The position numbers were made by a program, and so were the translations under genes. Under the pieces are notes generated by a model. That model worked only from the letters and a program-made list of their open reading frames with translations, ran no database searches and had not been told where the DNA came from. DNA of 64,000 nucleotides. Origin: Longimicrobiales bacterium. Its GTDB lineage: Bacteria; Gemmatimonadota; Gemmatimonadetes; Longimicrobiales; Gaopeijiaceae. The stretch lies in NCBI GenBank assembly GCA_041690395.1, contig JAWLHJ010000003.1:224001-288000 (forward strand), written 5' to 3'. Below are positions 32,413-42,315 of this stretch, piece by piece; the stretch's first letter is position 1, and each line of letters begins with the position of its first letter.

Positions 32413-33912
32413 TCACCCACCATTCCGCCGCCGCCTTACGTAGTCCGACACATGCTCGCCGTAGCGGGCGACGAAGGCCTCCATGTGGTCGCCTCCGCGG
32501 ATCACCTTCCGGCACTCCGCCGCGCCGCATGCACACGCGAAGTCGGGCATCTCCTCGACCATGAAGGTCGCGTAGTCCATGGTGACCTCCTCGCCGGGGG
32601 CGATCGGGCGGCGGGCCACCAGGTCGAGTCCTTCCAGCCACGCGTTGGGGTCGCACCCGTGGTTGAGAGGCCTCCACTCCCCGGGCTCCTCGCTCCACAT
32701 CACCCAGATCTCGTCGGATAGGGGGTAGGCGTAGCGGCGGAACCAGTCGAGGCGGCGGTCGTCCCAGGTCCGCTCCACACGGCTTCGCGACACGAGGGTG
32801 TGGGGCCGTTCCTCGAAGCGGAGGACGGTGTCGCCCGCCTCCAGCCGGCGGGTGGCGAAGACGCCGTGGTCCCCGGCGGGACGGGGCCGGACCTCCCAGG
32901 GTCGGCTCCGCCGCTCCCGGCGGGCGAGCGCGGCCCGTACCGCGCGGCGGGCAAAGCCGGAGTGGCCGTCCGGGTCCTCCATCAGGATGAGGTCGGCGCT
33001 GGCGGGGGCGTGCACCGGATAGAAGACCCCGCAGTTGGGGTTGATCTCGAGCATCATGCAGCGCCCGTCCGCGTCGATGCGTAAGTCGCATCGGCCGTAT
33101 CCGGCCCCCCTGAGCCCGACGAAGAAGCGGCTCGAAACGTCCCGGAGGCGGCTCGCCAGAGCCTCGTCCCGGACGGGTTCAGCGTGAAGACCCGCGAAAT
33201 CCACCCACTTCAGGTCATAGTGCTTGAACGTCTCGCCCGGGGGGAAGTTGTAGCGGACAGGTGTGTAGCTCTTCGGCGTGGAGGGATCGTCGGGGTCCTC
33301 GGAAACCAGGACGGTCGCCTCTTCGCCTTCGATGAACTCCTCGATGAGGGCGCTCCCGTAGGCGTCGGCCATCTCCCTCACGCGGTCGGCAAGGTCGATG
33401 GCCGATTCGACCCGAGAGGCGGGCGTAAGGCCGGTGCTCGCGTAGCTGCTCGGGTGCTTCACGATGAGAGGGAAACGGAGCATCTCCACGGCCTGCTCCA
33501 CGTCGGCGTCGGAAGTAGCGAACAGGTAGCCGGGGGTGTCGATGTCCCACGCCCGGCAGACCCGCTTCATCTCCTCACGGGAAGGCTCGAAGAAGGTCGA
33601 GTCGGCGCCCGTGAAGGCCTGGTCGAGCTGCTCCAGGGTGCGGACGACCTCGATTCCCGGTCGGCCCTCGTCCCAGGCGCCGTCGCAGAGGTTGAAGAAG
33701 ACGTCGACGCCCCGCCGGCTCAGCTCCGTGACTCTGGCAACGGCGTCCTGCTTCGTCAGGAGCGCCGTCTTCCACTCCGCTTCAGGGACGTAAGGACGCG
33801 GGTCGCACGGCCAGTCGCCCTCCGGGAACGGGTCCTGCTCCAGGTCCTGGTCGGTCAGCAGACAGATCTGGAGCCCCTCGAGGGAGAGCTCCGAAGGAGG
33901 CGGTGGGGTCAC
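32413..33912 (-). CDS. D-Ala-D-Ala-ligase-like ATP-grasp enzyme fused to a SET/post-SET domain
   Basis: FPLIVK, LIEEFIEG, GYGRCDLR and LEINPN; SET motifs GVFA, NHGCDPN, GEEVTMDY and CACGAAECR. Confidence 0.88.
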   Translation of the reverse strand: MTPPPPSELSLEGLQICLLTDQDLEQDPFPEGDWPCDPRPYVPEAEWKTALLTKQDAVARVTELSRRGVDVFFNLCDGAWDEGRPGIEVVRTLEQLDQAFTGADSTFFEPSREEMKRVCRAWDIDTPGYLFATSDADVEQAVEMLRFPLIVKHPSSYASTGLTPASRVESAIDLADRVREMADAYGSALIEEFIEGEEATVLVSEDPDDPSTPKSYTPVRYNFPPGETFKHYDLKWVDFAGLHAEPVRDEALASRLRDVSSRFFVGLRGAGYGRCDLRIDADGRCMMLEINPNCGVFYPVHAPASADLILMEDPDGHSGFARRAVRAALARRERRSRPWEVRPRPAGDHGVFATRRLEAGDTVLRFEERPHTLVSRSRVERTWDDRRLDWFRRYAYPLSDEIWVMWSEEPGEWRPLNHGCDPNAWLEGLDLVARRPIAPGEEVTMDYATFMVEEMPDFACACGAAECRKVIRGGDHMEAFVARYGEHVSDYVRRRRNGG

Positions 33913-34508
33913 TGCTACTGGCTCACATCAGCAAGGTTTCGCATGGCTTCCTCCCAGAGTCCGCAAGTCATGCAACCTAGTCAGGTGACATCCATTTTCC
34001 GATCGCCACATCCTGACGGTCGGCTCGAACACGGCCCGGGTCAGTCGTGTGAAAGGGTGTAGGTTAGTCCAACTCGAGGCACCACCGGATGCCGCGCACC
34101 TCCTCTGCCTGTGGGTGATGACGGCGCGTATGCTCTGCTTTGACAACGCCTTCGGGACGGGGCATCGTGGGTCGAGGCCATTGGAGTCGCTCCCGGTGTC
34201 CCCGCGCGCAGATGAGTCGCCATCCTCCGGGTGGCATCACCATAGATACGACGACCGTGTTCTCCCGCCATCGCGAGGAGCCCGTCGATGTCGCATCTCA
34301 CGCGTAGAGCGCCACCCCCGCGGAGCTGATCGCCGATGTCTTCGATCCCGTGGCCAACACGAGCCCCTTCAACCACTCCCACTTCCAGGCGCAGGCGGCA
34401 CCCGTCCGGATCCAGCCCGAGGGGAGCTAACCAAGTTCGCGGCACTCCGAGGCCATGTGCGGCACCGCCCCGGGGCCAATCCATCACCACTGCACCAAGG
34501 AGGTCACG

Positions 34509-34997
34509 ATGCCAGGAATCAACCGGATCCCACTGCTTCCCGTGCTCCTCGTCCTCACGGCGGGCTGCCAAGCGCCACCCGACGCGGGAGGGCCGATCGC
34601 CACCCGGACGACCTCGGAGGTGGAGGCCGACCTGGACGCGATGACGAGCGCCTGGGTCGCGATGGCGAATGCCGACGATGCCGCCGGCGTGGCCGCGCTC
34701 TACCTGGACGACGCCCTCTACGTCGATCCGGCCGGCGAAGTCTACGATGGTCGGGATCAGATCCAGGCCTATCTCGAGGAGACGTTTTCCCAGGCATCCG
34801 GCCTGGAGTCCGAGCGCCTGGGCCACATGAGCGATGGCGACCTGGTGGTCCACCACGGCAGATATTCGACTCAGGTGATGGACGAGGCTTCGACGGAAGG
34901 CGTCGTCACGAACACCGGCCGCTGGGTCATCGTGTCCGAGTATCAGCCGGACGGCTCGCTGAGAATCCGATTGCATCAGAACACGTGGACGAATTGA
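34509..34997 (+). CDS. NTF2/SnoaL-like (DUF4440-type) lipoprotein
   Basis: Lipobox TAGC; DAAGVAALYLDDA..GRDQI..QPDGSLRI; SD AAGGAGG. Confidence 0.8.
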   Translation: MPGINRIPLLPVLLVLTAGCQAPPDAGGPIATRTTSEVEADLDAMTSAWVAMANADDAAGVAALYLDDALYVDPAGEVYDGRDQIQAYLEETFSQASGLESERLGHMSDGDLVVHHGRYSTQVMDEASTEGVVTNTGRWVIVSEYQPDGSLRIRLHQNTWTN

Positions 34998-35021
34998 TGG
35001 CGGCCTGAGATCCGTTCGAGA

Positions 35022-35891
35022 GTGGACCCGGGATCTCCGTCGTCCGACCACCCAGCGCCGAACGACGGACTCTATCCGCCCATCGAGCCCCATGCCCACG
35101 GCCGCCTGGACGTCGGCGGAGGACACGAGATCTACTGGGAGAGTTCCGGCAACCCGGCGGGCAAGCCGGCCACCTTCCTCCACGGTGGACCGGGAATGCC
35201 CGTGCGGAACTGGGCGAGGCGCCTCTTCGATCCTGCGCGCTACCGCATCATCGTCACGCACCAGCGCAACTGCGGGAAAAGCAGGCCGCACGCCTCGGAG
35301 CCGAGGGTCGACCTCACGGAGAACACGACCCGCCATCTCCTCGAAGACCTCGAGCGTATTCGCCGCCACCTGGCCATCGATCGATGGATGGTGGTGGGGG
35401 CCTCGTGGGGCAGCACCCTCGCCCTGGCGCACGCGCAGGAGCACCCGGAGCGGGTCACGGAGCTCGTCCTGTTCGGTGTCTTCACCGGAGCCCACGCGGA
35501 GTTCGACCGGGTCCTCCGCGGCGGGTTGGCGCGCCAGTACCCGGACCAGTGGCGGCGCCTCAAAGAGGCGGTCCTGGGCGACGCGCAACCGGACGCGGAC
35601 GTAGTGGACGCTGCGCACCGACTACTCTTCGACCCGGACCCCGCCGTTCAGGCGCGGGTGGCGTACGAATGGTGGGCCTGCCTGCTGCGAAACGTTCCCG
35701 CGGTGTTGATCGCAGGGCGCCACGACCCTCAGACCCCGCCCTCGAACGCGGAAGAGCTCGCCGAGCACATGCCACACGCCCGAGTACGTATCGTCGAGGA
35801 CGCGGGGCACGGATCGTCGAGCTCCGCCTACCTCGCCGAGATCGTGCGCGCGACCGACGGGTTCGCGCACGATCCCGGGCGGGACCGCTGA
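35022..35891 (+). CDS. prolyl aminopeptidase (S33)-like hydrolase with an apparent internal deletion
   Basis: LYPPIEP, HEIYWE, LHGGPG, GASWG, GRHD and AGH. Confidence 0.8.
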   Translation: MDPGSPSSDHPAPNDGLYPPIEPHAHGRLDVGGGHEIYWESSGNPAGKPATFLHGGPGMPVRNWARRLFDPARYRIIVTHQRNCGKSRPHASEPRVDLTENTTRHLLEDLERIRRHLAIDRWMVVGASWGSTLALAHAQEHPERVTELVLFGVFTGAHAEFDRVLRGGLARQYPDQWRRLKEAVLGDAQPDADVVDAAHRLLFDPDPAVQARVAYEWWACLLRNVPAVLIAGRHDPQTPPSNAEELAEHMPHARVRIVEDAGHGSSSSAYLAEIVRATDGFAHDPGRDR

Positions 35892-36081
35892 GGTCTTGGG
35901 CGTAAGCGACCCGAGTAGCTCCTCGAGCACGAGCGATTCCTTCGGCGGGAGGCGTGAGCGTCGACACGCCGGGCGCCAGGATGTCGTCCAACGCACACCT
36001 CCCGCGCATCCCCCCATGGGCGAGGCCGCATCCGGCTTCTTCGACGGACCCGCTGATCAACCTCCCATGGAGAATCGAACC

Positions 36082-36627
36082 ATGAGTCGCTCGACTTTCA
36101 GAATTGCCCCCATAGCCCTGTTCCTCGCATTGATGTCTGCCTGCGACGGCACCCCAACGGAGCCCGTCACGACCCTCGCCCCTGAGGTCGAAGCCCAATT
36201 CGCGAAAGGGGGCACGGACCGCCAGGTGATGGAAACGGTCTTCGACCTTACCGGCGCGCTCGTCTCGTTCTCCTGCGACGATGCTACCCATAGCGAACTC
36301 ATTCGCCTCGATGGGTCGGTCCAGGAACGTTGGGCCATCAACTTCACGCCATCCGGCGTGATGCACGTCAATCTCAATACCAAGGCGATCGGACTCAGCG
36401 GCACGGGCGTGGAGACCGGCGACCACTACCAGGTCGAGGAAGGCGAGCAGGGCGTCTTCCACGAGACGTCCATGCGAAGCGGCGGCTCGATCCGGCGGTT
36501 CATCGGTCTGCGCAACACGCGAACCGGCGACTTTCTCGAAGTCGTCGATCGGTTCCACGTGAGCATGAACGCCAACGGCGAGATCGTCGTCGAGCGGGAC
36601 TCGCGGGAAGTGAGCTGTCAGCTCTGA
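36082..36627 (+). CDS. hypothetical lipoprotein
   Basis: Lipobox MSAC, beta-rich body, SD GGAG. Confidence 0.65.
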   Translation: MSRSTFRIAPIALFLALMSACDGTPTEPVTTLAPEVEAQFAKGGTDRQVMETVFDLTGALVSFSCDDATHSELIRLDGSVQERWAINFTPSGVMHVNLNTKAIGLSGTGVETGDHYQVEEGEQGVFHETSMRSGGSIRRFIGLRNTRTGDFLEVVDRFHVSMNANGEIVVERDSREVSCQL

Positions 36628-36643
36628 CGACAGCCTGGCTGGG

Positions 36644-36676
36644 GATCCCGCATCACGTCGTATGTGATGCGGGATC
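36644..36676. terminator. 13-bp perfect hairpin between convergent genes
   Basis: GATCCCGCATCAC-7 nt-GTGATGCGGGATC; no U tract. Confidence 0.5.
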
Positions 36677-36711
36677 GCTCGCCTGAGCGTGGTACCCGCC
36701 TACCCGGCCCC

Positions 36712-37752
36712 TCACCTCCCCCGCGAGTCTCCCACCGCCCGGAAGTACTCCCGGAGGTTGGACGGCCGATACGAGGGGTCTTCGTCCCATCGTCGAATGG
36801 CCGAGGGGTGCACCGTCTGTGATCGGTCCGGGCGAATGGGGCGCTCGTGGCGGGGCGCCAGCCGGTACACGCCCACTCTGGAATCGTGGGCCTTCCCGGT
36901 CGGCTCACCCTCCAACGGCCGCGCCGCGACGACCCCCGGGTCGAAATGGAGACCCGCCATCTCCGCGTTGTCCATCATCCACTGGAGCGTGATGTCCGAC
37001 AGGCCGTTGTCGACGTATCCGCCCCCGACGTCGCTGTGCACGCCGGGGAACCAGGTCTGGGAGACGAGCTGACGGGGCTTGGGCTTCTCGATCCAGAGCG
37101 TCGGCTCGAACGGCCCGCGGCGCTCGTCGATGGCGAGGGCGTGGAAGGCGTATTCCACGATGCCACTCAGCTCGCAGTCGTGGAAATCCTGGTTCCTCCG
37201 CGTGAGCCAGCGGAGTCCGGTGAGGGGGATGCCGAGGGCCCCCACGGTGTCCCAGACGCCGATGCACCGGATCGGGATCGACTCGGAGCCGCAGCACGAA
37301 TAGCTCGCGCGGAAGCTGGCGGGCTCGTCGTCGTCCGGGTGGGTCCCGGGGTCCTGGTACAGCTTCAGCGCATCGACGTACAGGCCGACATGCTTCCGGT
37401 CGAGAACCCCGCACTTGCGGATCATGCCGCCCAGGCTCCGGGCGGTGTAGGCACCCCGGCTGAACCCGAAGAGGTAGATCTCGTCGCCCGGCTCGTAGTT
37501 GGCGAGGAGGAACCGGTAGGCGTCGAAGATGTTGTCGCTCAACCCCCCGCCGAATGCCCCGCCGGTGAAGCGATCGAGGACGTTGCCGGTGCCGACGCCC
37601 TGATCGTAGAACACGATCTGCGACACCCCGTCCGGGTCACGCTTGGCGACACGGTACGCCAGCTTGACCACGTTCGTCGGGCAGAGTGTCCCGTTCTTCT
37701 GCTGGTCGGCCCGGTTCCAGGTCCCGTCGCAGCAGATGACGAGGCGCTTCAT
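36712..37752 (-). CDS. DUF2235 (Tle1-like) alpha/beta hydrolase
   Basis: KRLVICCDGTWN, TNV, GFSRGAY, GVWDTV, HALAIDE and WFPGVHSDVGGG. Confidence 0.92.
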   Translation of the reverse strand: MKRLVICCDGTWNRADQQKNGTLCPTNVVKLAYRVAKRDPDGVSQIVFYDQGVGTGNVLDRFTGGAFGGGLSDNIFDAYRFLLANYEPGDEIYLFGFSRGAYTARSLGGMIRKCGVLDRKHVGLYVDALKLYQDPGTHPDDDEPASFRASYSCCGSESIPIRCIGVWDTVGALGIPLTGLRWLTRRNQDFHDCELSGIVEYAFHALAIDERRGPFEPTLWIEKPKPRQLVSQTWFPGVHSDVGGGYVDNGLSDITLQWMMDNAEMAGLHFDPGVVAARPLEGEPTGKAHDSRVGVYRLAPRHERPIRPDRSQTVHPSAIRRWDEDPSYRPSNLREYFRAVGDSRGR

Positions 37753-37971
37753 GCCACGGTCAGCGTATATTCATCCATACCCGCAACATATCCGACTCAC
37801 GGTCGGTTGGACACGGCGGAAACATCCGCGCCCTGCCGCGAGCCCCCACTCGAGAACCGACGACTGGGGGCGCCCTGGTACCCGGGGCGCTCCGGAGCAT
37901 AGCGCGCGGCTCCTCTCGTCGCGATGTTCGAGCGACGAGCCAATCCAGCGGCCGGCCGGCCAGGAGGAACG

Positions 37972-38379
37972 ATGAGCGGAATGAGCGATCGTCCCAGGCA
38001 GACATCCGGCCTCCGTCACGTGGCCCTGAGAGTCCGAACCTTCGAGGCATGTCTCGCGTTCTACACCGAGCTTCTTGGTATGGACGTCGAGTGGCAGCCG
38101 GACGAGGACAGCGTCTTTCTGACCAGCGGAAACGACAACCTCGCCCTGGTTCGATCGTCGGGCCCGGCCGCGACGGAGGGCCAGCGCCTGGATCACATCG
38201 GCTTCATGATCGAGACGCCGGACGATGTCGATGTGTGGCACGAACGACTGCGCGCTGCCGGCGTGCGGATCGTGAAGCCTCCGAAGTCCCACAGGGATGG
38301 AGCCAGAAGCTTCTTCTGTGAGGATCCGGACGGAACGCCGATCCAGATCATCTTCCATCCGCCGTTGGCCCTCGGGTGA
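37972..38379 (+). CDS. VOC/glyoxalase family protein
   Basis: LRHVAL, FYTELLG, LDHIGF and DPDG; SD AGGAGG. Confidence 0.88.
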   Translation: MSGMSDRPRQTSGLRHVALRVRTFEACLAFYTELLGMDVEWQPDEDSVFLTSGNDNLALVRSSGPAATEGQRLDHIGFMIETPDDVDVWHERLRAAGVRIVKPPKSHRDGARSFFCEDPDGTPIQIIFHPPLALG

Positions 38380-38407
38380 ACGCGGGGCCGGCGTGCGGCC
38401 GAGCTCC

Positions 38408-39832
38408 CTACGCGGGCACCCGCAGGCCGGGCTCCGCGCACTCCGCCAGGTCGCCCTGCCTCCCACCTGGACTCTCGATCCGCCGGCTGAGGTCACGAAG
38501 CGCGGTCCGCAGGCCCTCCTCCAGCACGGGGTGGTAGAACGGCATCCCGAGGAGCTCGTGGACCGTCAGCTCCCGGTGCATGGCCAGAGCGAGGAGGTGC
38601 GCGAGGTGTTCGGCGTCGGGGACGCACATCTCCGAGCCGGTGAGCCTCCCGGACGCCTTGTCGGCGTAGACCCGGAGGACACCTTCCGCCCGCTCGGCCG
38701 TCCTGGCCCGAGGCTGGCGGCTGAAATCCGCCGCGCCCACGACCGTGCTCTCGGGGTCCAGGTCGGCCCAGGACGATCCTACGCGGGCCACCCCGGGCGA
38801 AGAGAAGACCACGGCGAGGCCGGTCCGGCGGCAGTAGCCGGAGACGTGCTCCGCCGTCGCGTTCCTCCCGGCGATGTGGCCCTCGTCGGCGGCCTCGTGC
38901 AGGATCGCCAGGTATCCGTTCGCGTCGCCCACGAGCCAGACCGGGAGATCTCCGACCTGGAGCGTCGTGGGATCGACGGGGGGCAGGCCTCTGTCGTCCA
39001 ACGGGACTCCGAGCGTATCCAAACCGAGATCGTCGACGTTCGGACGGCGGCCCAGCGCCGCCAGCACGGCGTCCGCGGTGAAGCTCCCGGCCTCGCTCCG
39101 GACCACGATGCGACCGTCCTCGCCCTCGGAGAGCTCCGCCGGCGATCCGAGATACACCGGGAACTCGCGTTCCAGTGCCTCTCCGAGGGCAGAGGTCACC
39201 TCCGGATCCGACAGACCGGCGATGCCCTCGACCGCGTCGAACCCCGCCACGCCCACACCGAGCCGCGAGAGCGCCTGCGCCATCTCCACACCGATGGCGC
39301 CGAGTCCCACGACCGCGACCCGACCCGGGAGGTCGTTCTGCTCGAAGAGGGTATCAGTGGTGAGGATCCGGTCTCCGAACCGCTCCCATGCCCCCGGGAC
39401 CACGGGACGGCTCCCCGGTGCGAGGATGATGCGGCGAGCCTCGATCTCACGGCTTCCGACGACGACGACGCCCGGTCCCTTGAGCCGCGCACGGCCACTG
39501 ATGGCCCGATCGCCCAACTCGCCGGGGACGGCCCGGGGTCCCTCGGTGAAGCCGTCCCGGAGTCGGCGCACACGGGCAAGCGCGGCGGGAATGTCCATGG
39601 TAAGGCCCTCGGCCCCTCCGATGCCGAAGGCCTCGAACGCGCCCCTGCGATGGTAGGCATTGGCGATCTCGATGAGAGCCTTGGACGGCATGCACCCGCG
39701 CGCCGCGCACGTCGTGCCCCAATCCCCCTCATTGACGACCAGGAAGTCGTCCGTGGCCCGGCGCACCTCACGGAGCGCCGACAGCCCGGCCGTGCCCGAT
39801 CCGACGATGACGACTTCCACCTGCTCCGGCAT
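38408..39832 (-). CDS. dihydrolipoyl dehydrogenase-like flavoprotein disulfide reductase
   Basis: GSGTAG, TCAARGCMPSK, GLGAIG, GD and YHPVLEE. Confidence 0.88.
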   Translation of the reverse strand: MPEQVEVVIVGSGTAGLSALREVRRATDDFLVVNEGDWGTTCAARGCMPSKALIEIANAYHRRGAFEAFGIGGAEGLTMDIPAALARVRRLRDGFTEGPRAVPGELGDRAISGRARLKGPGVVVVGSREIEARRIILAPGSRPVVPGAWERFGDRILTTDTLFEQNDLPGRVAVVGLGAIGVEMAQALSRLGVGVAGFDAVEGIAGLSDPEVTSALGEALEREFPVYLGSPAELSEGEDGRIVVRSEAGSFTADAVLAALGRRPNVDDLGLDTLGVPLDDRGLPPVDPTTLQVGDLPVWLVGDANGYLAILHEAADEGHIAGRNATAEHVSGYCRRTGLAVVFSSPGVARVGSSWADLDPESTVVGAADFSRQPRARTAERAEGVLRVYADKASGRLTGSEMCVPDAEHLAHLLALAMHRELTVHELLGMPFYHPVLEEGLRTALRDLSRRIESPGGRQGDLAECAEPGLRVPA

Positions 39833-39876
39833 GTTGCGGACCTCCTCTTTCGGGGGCGTCGATGCGGGCCGCCGAC

Positions 39877-40419
39877 TCAGGGCGAATCCGGGTAATGCTC
39901 GAAGATCTTCGCCACGGCCTCGTTGATCCGCTCAGCCATGATCTCCGGATTCACCATGGCCGCGGAGATGTCGAACTGCGCCCACCCGCGCCAGAGGACC
40001 TCGCGGGTCTCGGCGTCGGCGATGTCGACCAGGAGCGTGCCCTGGTCGTACTGCACGACCTGCGTGCCTTCCCCGTACTCGGAGGTGGTGTACCCCGCCT
40101 CCCGGTCGGCCTCATAGACCTCCACGTGGTCGCGCACGGTCGCATGGTGGTGGACCACCAGGCCGGCGCCCGAATCCGCGGGCCTCAGCCCACGCGTATT
40201 CAACTCCCGCTCGATCGCATCGTGGAGCCTGGCCTCGAAGAAGGGATTGTTCTCAAGCCGTGGGTCACCCACGGGGCGGGTGTCCGGCTCATCCCAGGTG
40301 AAGGTGGCGAAGGAGCCGAGATCCACTCCGGGAACGAAGTCCGCCCCGGCTCGGATGCTCGGCGAGCAGGCGCCCGCGAGGGTGATCAGTGCCAGCGCAC
40401 CCATTGCCGTAGTCTTCAT
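39877..40419 (-). CDS. DUF4136 family lipoprotein
   Basis: Lipobox AGAC; GTLLVDIADA..VLWRG..V.KIF..YP. Confidence 0.82.
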   Translation of the reverse strand: MKTTAMGALALITLAGACSPSIRAGADFVPGVDLGSFATFTWDEPDTRPVGDPRLENNPFFEARLHDAIERELNTRGLRPADSGAGLVVHHHATVRDHVEVYEADREAGYTTSEYGEGTQVVQYDQGTLLVDIADAETREVLWRGWAQFDISAAMVNPEIMAERINEAVAKIFEHYPDSP

Positions 40420-40583
40420 GATTTCGCTGCCTCGGTCTGTATTCGGTTGAACCTGCATCCAAGCTAGGAGGTTGCCGGGCGGTCCGGAGTCGGGAATTTC
40501 CCGTCGTTCACGGTGGGGAGGCTCACGCGTAGATTCCCTGGTGTGCCGTCCCCACAATCCGCAGCCTCCCGCAGGACAGATGG

Positions 40584-41108
40584 ATGCCCAACCAGAGCTC
40601 GATGAGGCGAGGCGCTTGGGCTGCGGTGCTCGTGGGGACCCTCGGATGCGCAGTGCAGTCCGACGGGCCCACCCCACCCGCCGACATGGAGGCATGCCGG
40701 GTGACGAGAGTCGTCGATGGGGACTCCCTCGAGTGCGATCCCGTCGGACGCATTCGCCTTCTCGGCATCGATGCGCCCGAGCTCGCCCAGCAGCCGTTCG
40801 GCGCGACGTCCCTGGAGGCGCTCGAGCGCATGATCCCCGAGGGCAGTCGAGTTTGGCTCGAGGAGGACGTCGAGCCTCGTGACCGGTACGGGCGGGCGCT
40901 TCGGTACGTATGGGCCGGTGACGAGATGGTGAATTGGGCCATGGTCAGGGGCGGCTACGCGGTGCTCCTTACCTACCCTCCGAACGTGCGGCACGTCGAA
41001 TCGCTCCAGGCAGCGCAGGACGCGGCGCGGAGCGATCGGTCTGGGCTGTGGGCCACCGACGGCTTCGAGTGCACGCCCCGGGACTTTCGTAGAGACGCCT
41101 GCCGGTGA
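40584..41108 (+). CDS. thermonuclease (SNase) family lipoprotein
   Basis: VVDGDS, IRLLGIDAPE, DRYGRALRY and AR..GLW; lipobox TLGC. Confidence 0.9.
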   Translation: MPNQSSMRRGAWAAVLVGTLGCAVQSDGPTPPADMEACRVTRVVDGDSLECDPVGRIRLLGIDAPELAQQPFGATSLEALERMIPEGSRVWLEEDVEPRDRYGRALRYVWAGDEMVNWAMVRGGYAVLLTYPPNVRHVESLQAAQDAARSDRSGLWATDGFECTPRDFRRDACR

Positions 41109-41118
41109 GGAGGGGACG

Positions 41119-41685
41119 ATGAAGGGGTGGGGATACTTGGCCCGGGTCTGGGCGCTCGTCGGGCTCGTGACCGGGTACGCCGTGCTTCCACGCGATGCGC
41201 AGGCGCAGGGTCCCGGCGGGGGCGACCCGGTCCGCGTGATCGTCGCGCCCGGCCTGGTGCTCGCCGGCGGGACCGAGTTGGAATCGGGAATCGGCGGTGA
41301 GGGTCACGTCGCTGTGGAGCGGGGGCGGCACCGGCTCCTCCTGCGCCTCGCCGTGATCGCCGACGTGGCCGGATTTCCGGACGGTTCCGGTGACGGCGAC
41401 GTCAGCGAGATCGGACTCCTCTACGGCCGACGGGACGCGGCGCGGCGCGGACCCGGTCGGTCGATCTCGGCGGGTCTCGCCGCCGTACACTTCCAACGCT
41501 GCCCGGACGAAAGACCGGACTCCTTCTACGATTCCGGGTGCAGCACCGTGGGCGTACCGGTCGTGGCCGAGGCCGGCATCGGCAGCTCCGTGGTGGGGAT
41601 CGCCCTCCAGCTTTTCGTGAACCTCAACACCAAGGCGCCCTTCGCCGGGGTCGGCGTGAGCCTTCCCTTGGGCTGGATGCCATGA
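41119..41685 (+). CDS. hypothetical secreted or outer-membrane protein
   Basis: Signal peptide (AQA), beta-strand pattern, SD GAGGAGG. Confidence 0.6.
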   Translation: MKGWGYLARVWALVGLVTGYAVLPRDAQAQGPGGGDPVRVIVAPGLVLAGGTELESGIGGEGHVAVERGRHRLLLRLAVIADVAGFPDGSGDGDVSEIGLLYGRRDAARRGPGRSISAGLAAVHFQRCPDERPDSFYDSGCSTVGVPVVAEAGIGSSVVGIALQLFVNLNTKAPFAGVGVSLPLGWMP

Positions 41686-41927
41686 CCTTTCGAGCCCTTC
41701 TCATGGTCCGCTCTTTGCATAATTGAACTGACGGCAGCCCATAAGTAGCTGGGCACGCGCGTTCGGAACCTGAGCGAAGCGATCACGCGCCATGTGCCGA
41801 GGTAGACTCAGCTGAGAGAGTCCGGAGGGCCCGCGGCCCCCGGGCTCTTCTCGTTGTGGGAGGAGGGGGCTCGACGCATGCACATCTGTGGCGTAACCGA
41901 CTGACAAGCGCCGCGCGAGCGCGACGA

Positions 41928-42290
41928 TCAGAGCAGCTCCCAGAGCGGCGGGAAAGTCGCGAGCACACCGAGCGCCGTGAGCGCGAGCGTGGCGAGGTAC
42001 ACGTTCCTGGCCTCCATTTCGCGGCCACGCCACCGGCGATGAAGCCAGACCCAGGCAGCGAGCCAGACCACGACGGCCAGGGTGCTGCGGCCTGACAGCC
42101 CTCCGACGGGCCCGTAGAAGCTCGGCGCCGCGAAGATGCCGGCCGCGTTCAGAATGACGAACGCGCCCATCGCGAACGAGCCAATGCCCGCGGCCAGAAA
42201 CGCGGCCAGCGAGCCACCGTTGGGGTGCCCCGCATCCGCAGCGTCGGACGCTACCTCGGTACGCGGCATCTCTTCTCCATGCGTTGCCAT
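41928..42290 (-). CDS. small membrane protein (3 TM)
   Basis: Hydrophobic helices ending TFPP; SD GAGGAG; 25 nt downstream of its partner gene. Confidence 0.7.
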   Translation of the reverse strand: MATHGEEMPRTEVASDAADAGHPNGGSLAAFLAAGIGSFAMGAFVILNAAGIFAAPSFYGPVGGLSGRSTLAVVVWLAAWVWLHRRWRGREMEARNVYLATLALTALGVLATFPPLWELL

Positions 42291-42315
42291 GATGATCTCC
42301 TCGCGCTTGGGGCGG

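Noticed and set aside
33915..33995. Possible selenopeptide MDVT-U-LGCMTC.. by TGA readthrough
   Set aside because: The hairpin after the TGA starts only 3 nt downstream rather than about 11, lacks the typical SECIS loop, and the ATG has no good SD.
36712..37752. DUF2235 protein as a type VI secretion effector
   Set aside because: No VgrG, PAAR or Hcp gene and no co-oriented immunity gene nearby.
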